Shown piece by piece: positions 23,891 through 38,015 of a DNA stretch of 64,000 nt (within the stretch, counting starts at the first letter, position 1; every line of letters begins with the position of its first letter). The translations under genes and the position numbers were made by a program. Under the pieces are notes generated by a model. That model did not search any database and had not been told where the DNA came from. It saw only the letters and a list, made by a program, of their open reading frames with translations. Origin of the DNA: the human T2T-CHM13v2.0 reference genome, Homo sapiens. The stretch lies in assembly GCF_009914755.1 (NCBI RefSeq), contig NC_060925.1. The stretch is one strand, 5' to 3'.

Positions 23891-26800
23891 ACTATCACTC
23901 TGGTTCAAGTTATTGGCAGAGAACTGTAAATATGGAACCTACATCTTCCTAAAATCCTTCCATATCAGTATAATCTCTTTCTTGATGTGTGTGTATACAT
24001 ATGCAATTATGTATGCACGTACATATTATACATTTATATATGTATATATGTAAATATATGTGAATATTTTAATAAAATTTTATTAAAAACAATTAACTTG
24101 CCATCAGCTGACAACTTTGGATATCATAATCTCCAAAATAATTCCATTGTTTACTATGTACTCAAATTCCTAGCTCACCTTTAACATTACTCTTATGACA
24201 ACATCTATAGATGTTTATGATATTTTAATATGATACAAATTGATTTTATTGAACTTCTATGCTATTAGTACTATTTAATAATAAAATGATTGCATAAACT
24301 ATTATATTATTTTATATACATTATACTATATATTTTTGTAAAAATATACACTGAATATTGATTGATATAGCATATTATAGCACCACTATTAATAATTATG
24401 CTATTATCTCCATAAGTACATTATGCCTCTAAGATAAAGTTTATTTCTTAATTGTCATTTTATTCTCTAAATTACAAAACATTTATTGAGGATTTACTGT
24501 ACATCTGTTATGCCTTAGCAGCTAGAACTATGCCTTGAATATAATAAATATTTGTCATCTGACTGAACAGATGAATGAATTATAGTTTTCCTACTGTACA
24601 ATCTGTTAACTTATGGGAAAGCATTTCCAAGATTATTTTTCTTTCATAGGCTGTGTTTACAGGCTAGATAAAAATAACAAAGTGATAGGTAAAACTTCTG
24701 TCAATTCATTAAGTGATTTTATGGCAAGATTTTCTGAATAATTGCTGTTATGAATTAATTAATCAGGTATTTTGTTATTAAGTAGATATAACTGCATATG
24801 TCTTTAAAATATCTCTAATAGGATTTAATTCTATAAAGTTTTTACTTTCAAATTGAGTTCAGGCCAAATTATATTTTGTTTGTGCTAATTTAATATGTAA
24901 CACTCTCAGTTTTTAGTCCATTTCTTTGTCATCCATGAATTTCAACTAACATGCCCAATTTCACTTATGAGCTACACACATTCATAACCAGTTTGTATGT
25001 TTTCTACACCTACACCTCCTTGCCATCAGTAGATGCCACAGAAATTTTTTTGTCATCTCTTCAGTAATTATATATTACAGTCCCTTGGCAGTCACAGATT
25101 TAATGTTTATGGTTCTTAATTTAAACTGAGCAATTCCAAAAGCTCACTAATTGTATTGTTGGTAATTTTTCTGTGGCCTAAATTTGCATCTTTTGTGATT
25201 ATGTTCTGGGAAGAATGGAATGGAGGAGTTTGAGTCTAAAAGTGGGAAGATTGGCTCAATTCAGTTCAGAAGTCAAGGGCTGAACTATGACAGTTTCAAA
25301 ATGACTGGAAAATCCTGAGGGAAGAAATTAACTAAACATGGAAACTGGGGAGAAATGTTTATTACCATGGAAAGTTAGAGAGGGAGAGAGGAGAGATTTT
25401 CATTTAATGTCTTTGGCTTCTCTCTACCTCCTTGCTTACTGCCACCCAAAGAAAGAAGAACAACTGGTATTTGCAAGTACATGAGAGGAAATGGGCATTT
25501 ATAGATTGGCCCCTTCGCTTTCTTTTCTCCTGATTGGCAAGCTGTCAGCAGGATATAACCATGTTCTCAGTGTCTCCCTGGAGGAAGTTGTACAAAAGCA
25601 CGCAGCCCATGTGGAGTTATTATCTTTTTTAGCCAAGGCTGTTGTTTCCAGTTGTGTCTATGACTGGAATATAGGTTCACTTGTACTGAGTATTACAATC
25701 TGGTGCACTGGACCAAAAACCTTGAGACTTATAAACAAGGAGTGGAATTTAAGGAGAAAAAATTCACATTCATAGATATAGGTTTTGGGATGGATCCATT
25801 GTTTTTTGGACTTGGAGTTATAGGCACACCATGTGGATTATTTTATACTTATGTGGCTATCTTTGAACTGCTCTGACCAAGAATGCAGCTTTAGGTCTTA
25901 GGTTTAGGCCACGTGGGATTTTTCACACTAGCTAATGGGTCTTTGTTTTGGGAGAGTGACCATTATTCTACAGGTGAGCAGATAAATAACATAGAAACAG
26001 AGTCATTTTGTACAGGTGCAGCCTGAGCAAGCAGATGAGCCATCTCTGATCTTAAGTAAAGAGCAGGTGCACCCAGTGGGTGGCTCAGCAAAATGTTATT
26101 GGCAGAATAAGCCAGGCCAACCATGGCCAAATGCAGGCAGCACCATGGAAGCTTGGCAGGGACCAGCCAAGCTGGCTTTAATGTGTAGGCTGCTGATGCT
26201 TTGAACTATACTGGCACATGTGGCCTGGTAACATAGATGAGGTAGGACTCTTCCATATTGTTATTATGTTTTTCAGCCAAGGCTGCAGGATGGAAAGCCA
26301 GATCCTTTTCATCAAAGAGATCCTGAGTTCCTAAATAGGTAAAAACTAGTTCAGCTGCCACAAATTCTGTTTCTCTTTTATGTCTTGAATTGATTTTAGG
26401 ACTAAAAGAAGAGAGTATGAAGGGGTAACCTTGGAAACACGAGGCCTGTCCACAGGTTATTAAGAGTCACTCCACATTACTGTGGTCTCAAGGTGGGTCT
26501 AGACTTACTAATTACATAGTCTTAGGAAATGGCTCTGGATTGCTGAAATCCAAATTGTGGCTTTATTCATAGAAGGGTCTTAGATATTATTAACAAGTAA
26601 AATTAGAGTCCTTATTATTAAAATAGTCCATCTCTATGGATGAAGGTTGAGAAGCAATTCAATAATACTACTGCAGACTCACAGGTTTAAGAGGCAGTTT
26701 TAAAGGCCTGGGCAGGAATAAGAAACCAGGTTTGCTCAAAAAGTCAAGAAAGAAAATGCTTGTTCCAGTCTTATAATTGAGGAACAATGATTAATGAAAT

Positions 26801-27129
26801 AGAAGGAATCCAGACTGATTAAATGGTAGAAGAGAGACCTGCAGAAAAATGGATGAAATCTGAGTGGCCAGTTCAGATAGATATCAAGGGGAACACAGGA
26901 TAATGGAACCCAAAAGACAAGTATATATTGGAAGAAAATAAATGTGGTTTCCATTGTTCTAATCAGGATTTAAGAAAAGGGAGATACACATTAATTATTA
27001 CTGGTTCAAAACAAAACAAAGAAGCCTCTCCCGACTTTAACCACCGCCCGCACTTCCACCCCAGAACCAACACACACAAACACAGAAAAACAAAACTAAA
27101 ACAATCTATCACTTTGGCTGCAGCCTAAA

Positions 27130-27610
27130 TATAATTTTGGAAGAGAGCCAGAAAGGATAGGAGAGAAGAGTCAGGACATATTGCAGCAATTGAGGTTGAG
27201 GCATAGTAGTATAGAGTACTATAGAGTTATAGTAGTAGAGATGCAAGATGAGAAGGGGTTTGAGAGAAGTATTTGAGGCAAAATGGAGAGAGTTGAGGAT
27301 AGATTGGATCTGAGGGAAATAAAAGATGGAGATGTTAAAAATTGTTCTTGGGTTTGTGGCTAGCACAACTGGCTGGACGATCATGCCAGTCCACACTGTA
27401 AATGGTTAATAATAGCAGCTGTCTGGTAAACCTAACTTCAGTTTGAAAACATGTGGAGTTTGATAAGCTCTTCAGAAGAGTCAATATCAAATGAAGAGAT
27501 ATGTAGAATGATCTGGGGCTTAGAGGAGAAAGCTAGCCTGGGGTTATGAATGCTTGAGTCACCCATGCAAAAGTGTTAATTGATGTCATGGGTGGGATGA
27601 GATTTTGAGA
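27130..27610 (-). mobile_element. L2 LINE fragment
   Basis: Purine-rich antisense L2 (GATCTGGGGCTTAGAGGAGA). Confidence 0.7.
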
Positions 27611-29659
27611 TATCGTGTCCTTACTTTTAATATACACCTTAAGAATGCTTCATATTGTGTATATTTTGTCATATTTTAGGTTCTTGATCTGGGATAACTA
27701 TCATTTTATAAAATGATGTTTATAAAGTTAAAAAAATCAAGTAAACACTTGACAAATAAACAATAGAAGTAACTGGTATTTTAAAAGTGCTTTAATCTTT
27801 CTCATATACATATAATTATCTATACTATATAGCAATAGATAAATGTTTCATCGTTTTAAAATATTTTTGAATAGCAATCCTAAGAGTGGTATTGTTAGGG
27901 TAGACCCACAAATAACTAAACATTTTGTTAAAAATATATTACAATAAGTCCTAATGAAGAAATATTGTTGGCCTTGCCAAAATGGAAAGTAAATAAGAGA
28001 AGGAACTAAAATATCCAAGAGATGTGAAGAAAATCATTTCTATTTTAACTAGTTCCAGGGAAATTAATAATCTGGAGGTTCTTTAATGAGTATTTCGTAC
28101 CTTCCTCATCTTTATTAAACCATTTCATTTTTATGTTATGTCTTTCAGTTTTATTTTTTATCACAAAATGGCAGAAACATTTTTTGAAGGCCACAGATAA
28201 TTAAAGGTAAATTAAATTCTATGTGATGAGCAAAACACTGAAAGTATAGAATTATTATTAGGGGAAGGTTAATCATGAATTGATGGATTGACAGGAAATA
28301 GCACCGAATCATTGCCATCAAAAGCAAGCTTCTCCAATGGAAAGGTTCCATAAGATTCTATCAGGTGCTCATGATTATTTTCTAACAGGCATTATCAAAT
28401 AGTATGCTGCAGACATTCAGGGTATATTTGTATTCAATTTTAAGAAATGTCTGTACTATTGTGGAGTGGCTGTCATATTGTTTGCCATTTTTTAATTTGC
28501 AAAATGCCTATTTTCATAACTGAATGCTATTCAATGGAGACCTTAATAATAACCAAGAATTGTGTTCCACTTAGCAACAAGCTAGATAGTGGTTCGAAAT
28601 GTTCTTGGAGGTCCTTAGAGGAATCTTTTGCCACATACCCAAGGTACTGTTTTGATAATATTAATAGTAGCCCAATACTTTGAAGTCACGGGAAAGACTG
28701 GGGTAAATGTGTGTAAAAATCCTTACAAGTATTTATGTACGGAATAGGAATAGTATGAAAAGACAATTTATTGTGTAAAATTTATGGTATGAAGAGGACC
28801 AACAGATGTTTATTCTAGTTCTCCCGTTTTAAGGTAGAGAGCAAAAAATAGGATTTAACATTTCCCAGAATCATGGGGTTCTTGTACTATAGTGTATAAA
28901 TCTTAGCACATATCATTGATTTGAACTATTATAGTTTGGTCTTCCCTACTTTCATGTGCATGTGTCTATCACACCAAGCATGCCAGCATATTATTACATA
29001 TTTTCAAGTTCCATGTTTATTCAAAGCAAATATTCATTAAGTAACTTATATGTCCTAGAACTTTAGGGTATTTATGGATGAATAAAACAGATTCATCTCC
29101 TTTCAAAAAGAGGCTTTTACCATGTTATTGCTTGAGTATATGTTCAATTATATATGACCATAAAAAGTGTAATATCCTAATATAAAATTAAAGGAGGGGG
29201 GTTAGTTTAATGAGATGGGCTTTAAAGTGATGATTATTTTATGTATATAATTTGGTATCATGCAACCCTATTTCTATAGATAGCAAAGCAGCAGTAACAG
29301 AATAAAGTCTAAATGTTCACTGCTTAGAGGATTATAAAAAAATCTCTATAAAAATTTGTACATGATATGTAATTATAATTAGAAGATAGAATAGGGAAGC
29401 AGTCGCATTGATGTCACCATGGTTAATCAATATATACTATGTATATATTTCTCTAAAACCATGAGGAGGAGAATAAAAGTATAAAAAGAAAAGAAAGAAG
29501 AAGAGGGTGAAGACACAGAGGGAGACAAAGAAGCATCATTGGCGGTAGGCATGGAGAAGGCATGCAGAGGTCACCTAACCCACGTTACTGGATATCTCTG
29601 GGCATTATGAATGCAATCTCTCCTCACTCATAGAGTCCCTATCTGAACACCAGCAATGA

Positions 29660-29880
29660 TAATTAATCTATACTAAGCATATACTATTTGCCAAAACAGC
29701 ACTAAATTCTCTAAATGCATTATTTTATTTAAAACCCCATATGTCTGGTGCTATATTATTTTTATCATTTAGATGAGAAAGCTGAAGCTAGAGAGGTTAA
29801 GGAATCTTCCCAAGCTCACGTAGCTGATAAGTTGGATTCAAATCCAGAATTGTCTCACTCAGAAATTCTCATTACACTGA
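29660..29880 (-). mobile_element. MIR SINE
   Basis: TTTAGATGAGAAAGCTGAAGCTAGAGAGGTTAAG...CCCAAGCTCAC. Confidence 0.75.
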
Positions 29881-30084
29881 CAAAATATGGATTATTCCAC
29901 AAGCACTTTAAACATGGCTATCTCTGCTCAATTAATCTTAGAGAAAATATTATTTTCATCTCAATTGTGCCACTACCTCTTCTTTGAAGCCCCGTGACAT
30001 CCTTCCACGGAGACATCCTGCCCTCCAGTGTGCTCTCATCATATGAATCACTTGAGACCTATTCATGGGCAGCATGTCATAGTT

Positions 30085-30500
30085 TTGGAATGTATTTAAA
30101 TTCTCAGTCTTTGAGCAAGTTCTCTAGCCTTCATAAGCCTGTTTATTATTGGTAAAATGAGAATGAATTCTTCCTTGTAGAGTTGTAAAGATTAGAGAAT
30201 ATAAAAATAAAGCATTTTGTGAGTGTCTGGCTCAAGAAAGGAACTCAAAAATAAGAATTTCTGTTTGACGCTTGCTTCTTCAAGTAAGATGTGAGCTGCA
30301 CAGTGATAGGGACATCAATTGAGCATGTAGTCTATGCCAGGAACTATTCTAAGCACATTTCATGTGCCAATGCATTTAACCTTCACAACAGTTCTGTAAG
30401 TACTATTATGATTTCCATTTTACAACTAAGGCAAAGAGAAGTAAGGTGTCTAAGGTCATATTCTAAATCATTACTATCTTATGGATAGTAAACCTTTGCA
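30085..30500. mobile_element. Two tail-to-tail MIR fragments (+ ~30085-30260, - ~30310-30500)
   Basis: MIR core motifs in both orientations. Confidence 0.6.
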
Positions 30501-30747
30501 TTTAATAACCTTTTACAGTCTCAGAGAAGAACGTTATTAATATACTGTGGCATCTCCCATAAGGTTACCCATGTGTCCGCAATGCAAGCTGTTAGTATTT
30601 TCTAAGTCCCCTTTAAAATGCCCTTTTCCCCCATATTCAAAATATGTCACTAGATAATAACACAGTGTCTTAGTACTGAGAGAAAAATAGTTATTTGTAG
30701 TTTTTAACAGCTATACTCACATTCATTTCACCTATCACAAGGAGGAA

Positions 30748-30787
30748 GAATAAAATAAAATAAAATAAAATAAGAATAAAATAAAAA
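30748..30787. repeat. (AAAAT)n simple repeat
   Basis: aataaaataaaataaaataaaataagaataaaataaaaa. Confidence 0.9.
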
Positions 30788-33700
30788 TGAGAGTAGGCCT
30801 ATATCCCAAATTCATATACTCACATGAGAGCTGCAACCATTGTGTCAAAGGAGCACACATTGATTTTCTCTGCCACATGTGCTGGTGCTCAGAGTACAGT
30901 GTAAGTAAACAGAAAAATACACCATCCTTGCATAGAATACTTCTGCATATTTGAAGATGAACAGATGTTCAGGGAAAAAAAAAAAAAAAAACAGGACACA
31001 AAACAAGTTCCCCATGCCCATGCCCAATCACAGGCTTTGTCAACTAGGTGAGTTTGTGCTTTATGATTTTCATCAACTGAAAAACAGAATTGCAATTACT
31101 GAGCAGTTTTACAGTTCTTCAATGTGCAGCTACAAAGAGCTGGCTCAACAAAGCCGTATCTCATCACAAAGGTTTGCTGCTCCTATTTCCTCTGTTGCTA
31201 CTCTTGCTGAAGATGTTTTGTCAATATTTTCTCAATCTCTGTGTTTCAGGCAGCTTGTGGGTGAGTCTGCATGATGGTCTTGAAGTATAGTGGAAGAATA
31301 TGTGTATGCGCACCTCTGCACATGTTTGTAGGAAGTTAGAAGGTGAGGCATAGTCCTTGGACACCAGTATATTAAAACATTTTCTCAGAATATACACTGT
31401 GCTGCTGGTGAGGGGGGAAATTAGAGTCACCAGCCATTACTCACTTGTGTTTGGGCCCCAGGCATTTGCGACCTGCCAAGTAATGTGGTATAGGCCCAAC
31501 ATGGGCACATGTCATTAGTGCACCTGAGTACCAGAGGCAGCATGAATGGAGACGTACATTTCATCCAGAGTGTCTTCATGATACATTAGTAGAGGGGTGG
31601 AGGAAGGGAATGGGAAAACATGAAACCAATCAGGACTTACAAGGAGAAAAATCAGGCCACTCTTCTTAACACACACTTCCTCCATTCATTCCCAAGGATA
31701 ATTGTTATACTTTTTGCAAACAAATATCCATGGATCGAAGCAGAACTGCTCTGCTTCTTTTCCTGAATGGTTAATTTTAGCCTTATATGTTGCCTGCTCT
31801 TACAAGTCATATTTTCCTTGCCACAATTATGAGCCTACTAAATGTTCTCTATTATTCTCTAAGAACTAGTAATATTTGCAATGTGAATGAACTGCTCTCC
31901 AGCCAACAGTTTCCGGTATGGGTTATCCTGTGCAGGAACAAATTACATGTGAAATGCATTCAACTTGGGATTCTCTTTGTTAATGTGTGGCCACACTGCT
32001 GTAACAATAAGACAGAAAATCTTGGCCATGAAGATGGCTGTGTAGTAATGCAACTTTTGGCTCTGTAGAGACTCATGGGACACAGACCTCTAACCTGCTT
32101 GCAACATGGAGCTCCCTCGAAACTGAAACAAAGGATGCATTGATATCTCAGAGTGTCAAACGGAATTATTCCCCTTCATACACTCCTCTGGCCTTCCCTA
32201 CTGATTCAAGCCAGGGAAACAACATGAATGCAATATCCTGGTATCTGTGAATGGTAAGAATTTCCTCTCTTAACAAAAGGGATGGAACGTGATAAGCAGT
32301 TGGTAAGTGTTAAGTCTTTTTAAATGTGCTCACAAATCTAAATCTCTCCCAAGAAGACAGTCACTTGAAAAATAAAGTTCTTTATTAATAACTCAGTATC
32401 AGACTAGAGGAAATTATCTCAACAGCTGAATATAGAAGAACTTAAATATTCAACCTCAGAATGGAAAATTAAGAAGTCATTTATTATTTATTAAAAATCG
32501 AGAGCTTCTGACTAGAACACAATGTCTAACTACTCTAACTTGGAGTGACCAAATATCTTCTCTATTAATAGATTGAAATGAATGGCTGAAAACAGACATT
32601 ATTCTTATTTCTTTTTGTATTCCCAACACAAAAAGTGCCCAGAACTAGGAGTTCTGGACACTGTTGAGTAAGAACTCAACAGAGGCTTATGGGATGGATG
32701 GTGAATGACTCCTTGCCATTGGATAATTAACCAAAACTTCTGAAACAAAGAAATTCCTACAAAATTTTTAGAGAAAACCAGCTGCAAATTCTGCTCATGT
32801 TGATTTTGCAGAAACCACACAACAAAGTATGTAAATCCACTAACTCAGACCATGTTTCTGAGGACACTGCTCATTACGACTGTATAATAAATGGAAGTGC
32901 ACAAGTCACCATTAGCACAGAACAGATTGTTTGCGTAGCAAAGACAGCAGCTGTCACAGCTTGACAGCTTTCTTGTTAGTGCATCAGCTTTATAGACAGC
33001 CTATTTGATTGAAAACCACTGTTCACTGACAGTGTGTTATAGCTGATATACATATGTATCTCATGAAAAATGACACCGTTGCTGAAGACTCACGAAAGGT
33101 TGAGAAGGTACAGTTCTATGAACCACATTAAAAAAGAATGAAGTTTCTATAAAGCAGGTCCCTCGGTGTATAAAAACATTTTGTGTACAGAAAAAACACA
33201 CAAATGCATGAAAAAGCATGATGGTGACCCAGTGGTGGGTTTCCTCTGTATTCTTTAAGCTGATCCTCCTGTCATGGAGTTTTATTTGCAACCAAATGAG
33301 ACTGAGGTGAACACAGAACCCTTGGGAGAGGCACATTCATTCCATTTCTTAAATCTCCAGACTGTCAAAGGATGAATATGGGTTGGGGGAGGATATCACC
33401 TTCTCAGTTTTGAACTTGGGGTAGGAATACCATAAGCAGAGTGGGAATGACATCAGTAAGCAGAACCAGTTATGCATAATGCAAGCAGGTGCGGTACACA
33501 CTACCTAGCACAGACTTGACAATTCATTTCAATGCTGAAAAGCTCCTGTTTCAGCAGCACACGGCCCCTGTCTGAGTAGAGATGTGGAGATAAGAATAGT
33601 TCAGATATTCTAGGGTTATTTGAAGAGTGACAAGAATGACATCTTGCTGGAACAAGAAGCACCAGATTTACTCATTTGGTCTTCTCTGAAAGGTTCACTA

Positions 33701-34094
33701 ATTTATGTTCCCTAAGCTCTTCTTTAGGATGATCCATATGCTTGGGGCCTTAGGAAGTACGGTGAGTTAGTGCATTTACCTGATAGCTCTGTCCAAGTTC
33801 CCATTTGTCATCATCTCATATTTTGGCAGAGTTTCTGGCCTCTATACAAATGAGAGACAGGATCAGAATAACCAACATGTCTGTGGGTCAGGGGAGCGAC
33901 ACAGTGACATTCAGACGTTCATTGGGATAGGTTGGCAGGGCTGTGCCTCTCATCACTGCCAAACTCTCAGCTGTTTATTGTGTAAGTGCTGCTAATAATG
34001 AGTGTAATATGGCCAGGAGAATAAAAGTGCTTAAGCCAATGTTAAAATGTTTAAACCATGGAAAACAGATAACTTATAAAGCTGATAATGTTAG

Positions 34095-34250
34095 AAAGAA
34101 AGGAAGAATGAATGAAGTGTAATTCATTGAATGTGGAGAAAGAAAGAAAAGAGAGAAAGAGAAGGACAGAAAGAGAAGAAGAAAAGGAAGAGTGGGAGAG
34201 AGAAAAAATTGGGGGGGAGAGAAAAAGAGAGAATAGAATGAAAGAGATCA
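34095..34250. repeat. GA-rich low-complexity tract
   Basis: Nearly pure purine stretch on the plus strand. Confidence 0.8.
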
Positions 34251-35869
34251 ACTTTGTAAGCCCTTGCTCTCTCAAAGATGATCTCACAATCACTTTCCCA
34301 TAATCTTGCTGTAACACCAATCAGACTCTATTTACCAAGGAACCCAACTTAAGACAGTAATTCAATAAAGGACTATGCAGTCAAAAAAAAAAAGTGATTT
34401 GAGATCACAAATCAATGAAGGAAGTACGGTTTTTGTTGCTTTGTTTAATCTGCTTTTTCATTTGTTTACTCAGTAGACTCACTAGAACTAATCAAGTAAC
34501 ATGGTCTTTCTTTGGTATTTGGTATCTAGTGGGAAATCTATAAATGTTTATTCTATCTTGGCAATTTATAAATATATGTCCTATAAAAGTTAAATGTGTA
34601 TCTCCCTTATCTTTTGTGGTCTTTCTTTTTCTGAGAGCTGTAGCAGCAAGAGTCCCAGGCAGGTAGTTACCCTTTTATCTAGGATTGGGCCTGTAAGTAT
34701 TACTGAGACTTTTAGGTAGGGCTAAGTATATTCAGAAGTGAATAAAGAAAGTTCATAATAAAGAAGGGGAATAAAAAGACCAGACAAAGGAGTAAAACCA
34801 TAAACTTGGTGCTACCAATCCCTTCAAATAGACAGAGCAGCTATTCCTGCTTTGAGCACACAGGTCAGCCTGATGAAGTAGGCAGCCTTGTCCTCAGTGT
34901 GATATAAAATGGATTAAAACCACACAAATCCCCAAATATTTGCCCTTATCCTCTCCTGACCTGACTTTTTTCCATGCATATTCTTGCCATGATGTTAGGC
35001 TTGTCAACATATCTACAGAACACAGTTACCAGAGAACATTAATGCAACGTATTTGGGCAGGAGAGACCTTATGTATCAGCCAACATCTTCTCAGTGATGG
35101 CGATGGTATTGGTGATATAGTGATTGTGGGAGTACTTTCGTCCAGAAAAAAATGATATGCTGGAAAATCAGTAGTTAAATATGGGAAGACATTGCAAAGA
35201 TAGGCAACAAAAGTTGCATTGGATACATAGTTCATTGACTTTTCAGTTATACTAGGTTAAATTTATCTGAAATACATATATCAGCCTTTTATGTTGACTC
35301 TGTGTTTCCAAGACCCACTCTTAGGAAGCAGGATGGATAGAGGAATTAGCCTCAAAGAAAGAGAGAAAAGGATATTGCTATTCTTAAAATTTTCACCATT
35401 CCAATCATGATCAAACACAAATGTATATGCATGTAGGTGGTTTCTACAACTTGTAAACTCTAAACTTCTTCAAATTCAGGCTCTGAAATATTGTAATTTT
35501 CCTGACTCCAATAAGAATTCAGAAATAATCCAGACTCATCTTGTGGTAAATAGAATGCCTTCAAGACTAGTATTTGATATGATTTGGAATTATAAACAGT
35601 CAATAGAAATCATTCATTAGCTTTCCTATGGATTTTGCAAAAACTGAATCAAATTTAAATGAACAATAAACAATTGATGGCAGTTTTTATTACTTCTAGA
35701 AAGTATGATATTAACTTCCTGTGGAAAAAATTTTACACTGCCACAGAGAAAGAAACCCCAAGTAATGGAGGAGAATTCTTTTCTTGTACAGCTAAGATCT
35801 CATTCCATTGATCTGGTAATGGACAGGTCCTTGCTGCCCAAAAGAGTTCCACTTTTCTTTGGAAGCAAA

Positions 35870-36380
35870 AGCTAAAACCACTACACTGGTCCCTATGAGC
35901 TGATTCTTTGGCCTTTGTGATCCCCTGACTGACTCTTCTATTCTTTATTTGATTTGAGTTCCTCTCTAGCCACACCAGCTTCACCTGTGGGTTTTAGCAC
36001 TAGTTTTTCCCCAGGGTTAGAATACTAATCCCTAGAATGCCACCTAACTAGCTTCCTGCTTCCTTCTAGTCCCCGCTCACACATCACATTCTCACTGAGT
36101 CCTACACTGAAAACACCATTAAGAACATAATTCCTAAAACCCAATCTCTCTTTACATTCTCTAGGCTTCTCTTTTTTCCATAATGTTTATTGTTTTCTAA
36201 TATATCATTTACCTTGTCTTGTTTTCTATTGCTTTTAATGCTAACTGTTTATGGCCTGTCTTTTGCTAAAGTGGAAGCTCTGTGAAGCCAGGGTCTGCTT
36301 TATTTATTCATGTATCTCAAGACTGTGAGACAATGTCTGACATATGATAAGTACTCAATACATAGTTGTTGAATAAATAT
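35870..36380 (+). mobile_element. L2 LINE 3' fragment
   Basis: AAGCTCTGTGAAGCCAGGG...AAGTACTCAATACATAGTTGTTGAATAAAT L2 terminus. Confidence 0.78.
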
Positions 36381-37874
36381 AATAGGTGTGTGAGATCTTG
36401 AGAATGCAACTTAAATACATGCTTCAATTTCTGTGTATTTCAAATGAAAATGATGTCAACTACGGTAAGGATTAAATAGGAAAAATATTAAATTACATAA
36501 CAGCAAGCCTGGAACAACATTTATAAGAAGTAATTATTATTAACATTGAAAGGATCTTCACTGGGACCAGAAGCCTCTTGTGTTATTTCCAGTACTAGAG
36601 AGATGCTTATCCAGGGGCTTATTTCAATAACTTCCCCAGGCTACTATCTGTTCACATGTTTATTATAAATGAAGTATTCTGAAGTCTGCTGGAAAGGACT
36701 ATTTTTTCCCCTCAAACAATTTCTCTCTTTAGTTATTTTTTCTACTGGCTTTCCTACTAGCTGTACTCACACAATTTACACATTTATACAGCTCTAAACT
36801 TTATATAACTTTGCTACCTTGACAATCTATATTAAGGTGTTCTTTTTTCCACCCTCAAACTCAAGTCGGAAACCAACCTATGTAAAAAGTCAGGTTTGCA
36901 TCACGCTTTTCAGTTTTGCTTTTTTCAGTTCTAGGAGATATCTTTGATTATGTTCTACTGTGGAGTTATTTTTAGAGGAACCACACACTTGCTGATTTTG
37001 AATAATGCAAGCACTTTCAGAGTGCTTTGCACATAGTATGCATAGTACTCACTGATATTTGTTGACTGTTAGGTAAATAAAACTTTATGATACAGTTTAA
37101 GAATAACAGCTCAATATACTAAATATTCAGGACAGCAGTAATCCTCTCAAAAAGTTTACCCTTTGAAAGCAGAAAGAAATATAAACACTTGATATTAGTG
37201 CTATTTATCAGATACCAACATTTGTTCATATAATATAGTCTTAGAAATACAACACACTCCTGAATAAGGGGATTTTTCTCATTCCCACAGCAGAAAAAAA
37301 ATCTTCTCTCAATAATTATTTTTATAATGCAGTAACGAATAAGTGAAATAAGTCATTACCTTAGGCCTTTTTATGTTTTTAAAATATTAAGTAGGACCAT
37401 TTTTGAAGCTCTTGGTAAGATTTAACATCTTTTGGAGGAAATGACTAAGTCTGAAGTTTCTGGACGTTTGAAGAATATACTGGAAGTAAGAGGCTAACAT
37501 TTATCTCCACATTGTCTGTAGTTCTTTGACAGATTAGGTACAGTAGGAAAAATGGGTATTAAATTTCAATCAGGGTTAATCAGCTGACATATATTGGGCT
37601 GTAGAGAAGTTGAGTAATGATTGGGAAGTTCCATATTTAATCACTGCTTGGCTGCCTAGCACTGCATAGGTAATGGACTCTAGACAGGTATTTTTGGATT
37701 ACAACATTCTTAGGGAAGAATAATTACATCTCAGAATTTTATCCTATCCTTCTATTGCCCCCTTACCTTAAAGAAGTGGAAATACTAGTGACATTTTGCC
37801 CCAAAATGTGAAAGTTTACCATGACAATATTTTAGTCTTTCCAAACTGGGAGGGATTTTTTTGCCATTTCCAAC

Positions 37875-38015
37875 AATATATGTATGTGCTTGTGTATGTA
37901 TACATATACACACATACATATAGTTGAATACATATGTACATGAATACACATATTGTTTTGTACATATATACACATACATATACATAAACACATATATATA
38001 CATTCATATACATGT
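37875..38015. repeat. (TA)/(TACA) low-complexity tract
   Basis: Degenerate TATACA repeats. Confidence 0.8.

Noticed and set aside
31225-31266. Plus-strand 11-nt microexon-like motif (tttcag|GCAGCTTGTGG|gtgagt)
   Set aside because: Antisense to NEGR1 with no evidence of a plus-strand transcript; likely chance.
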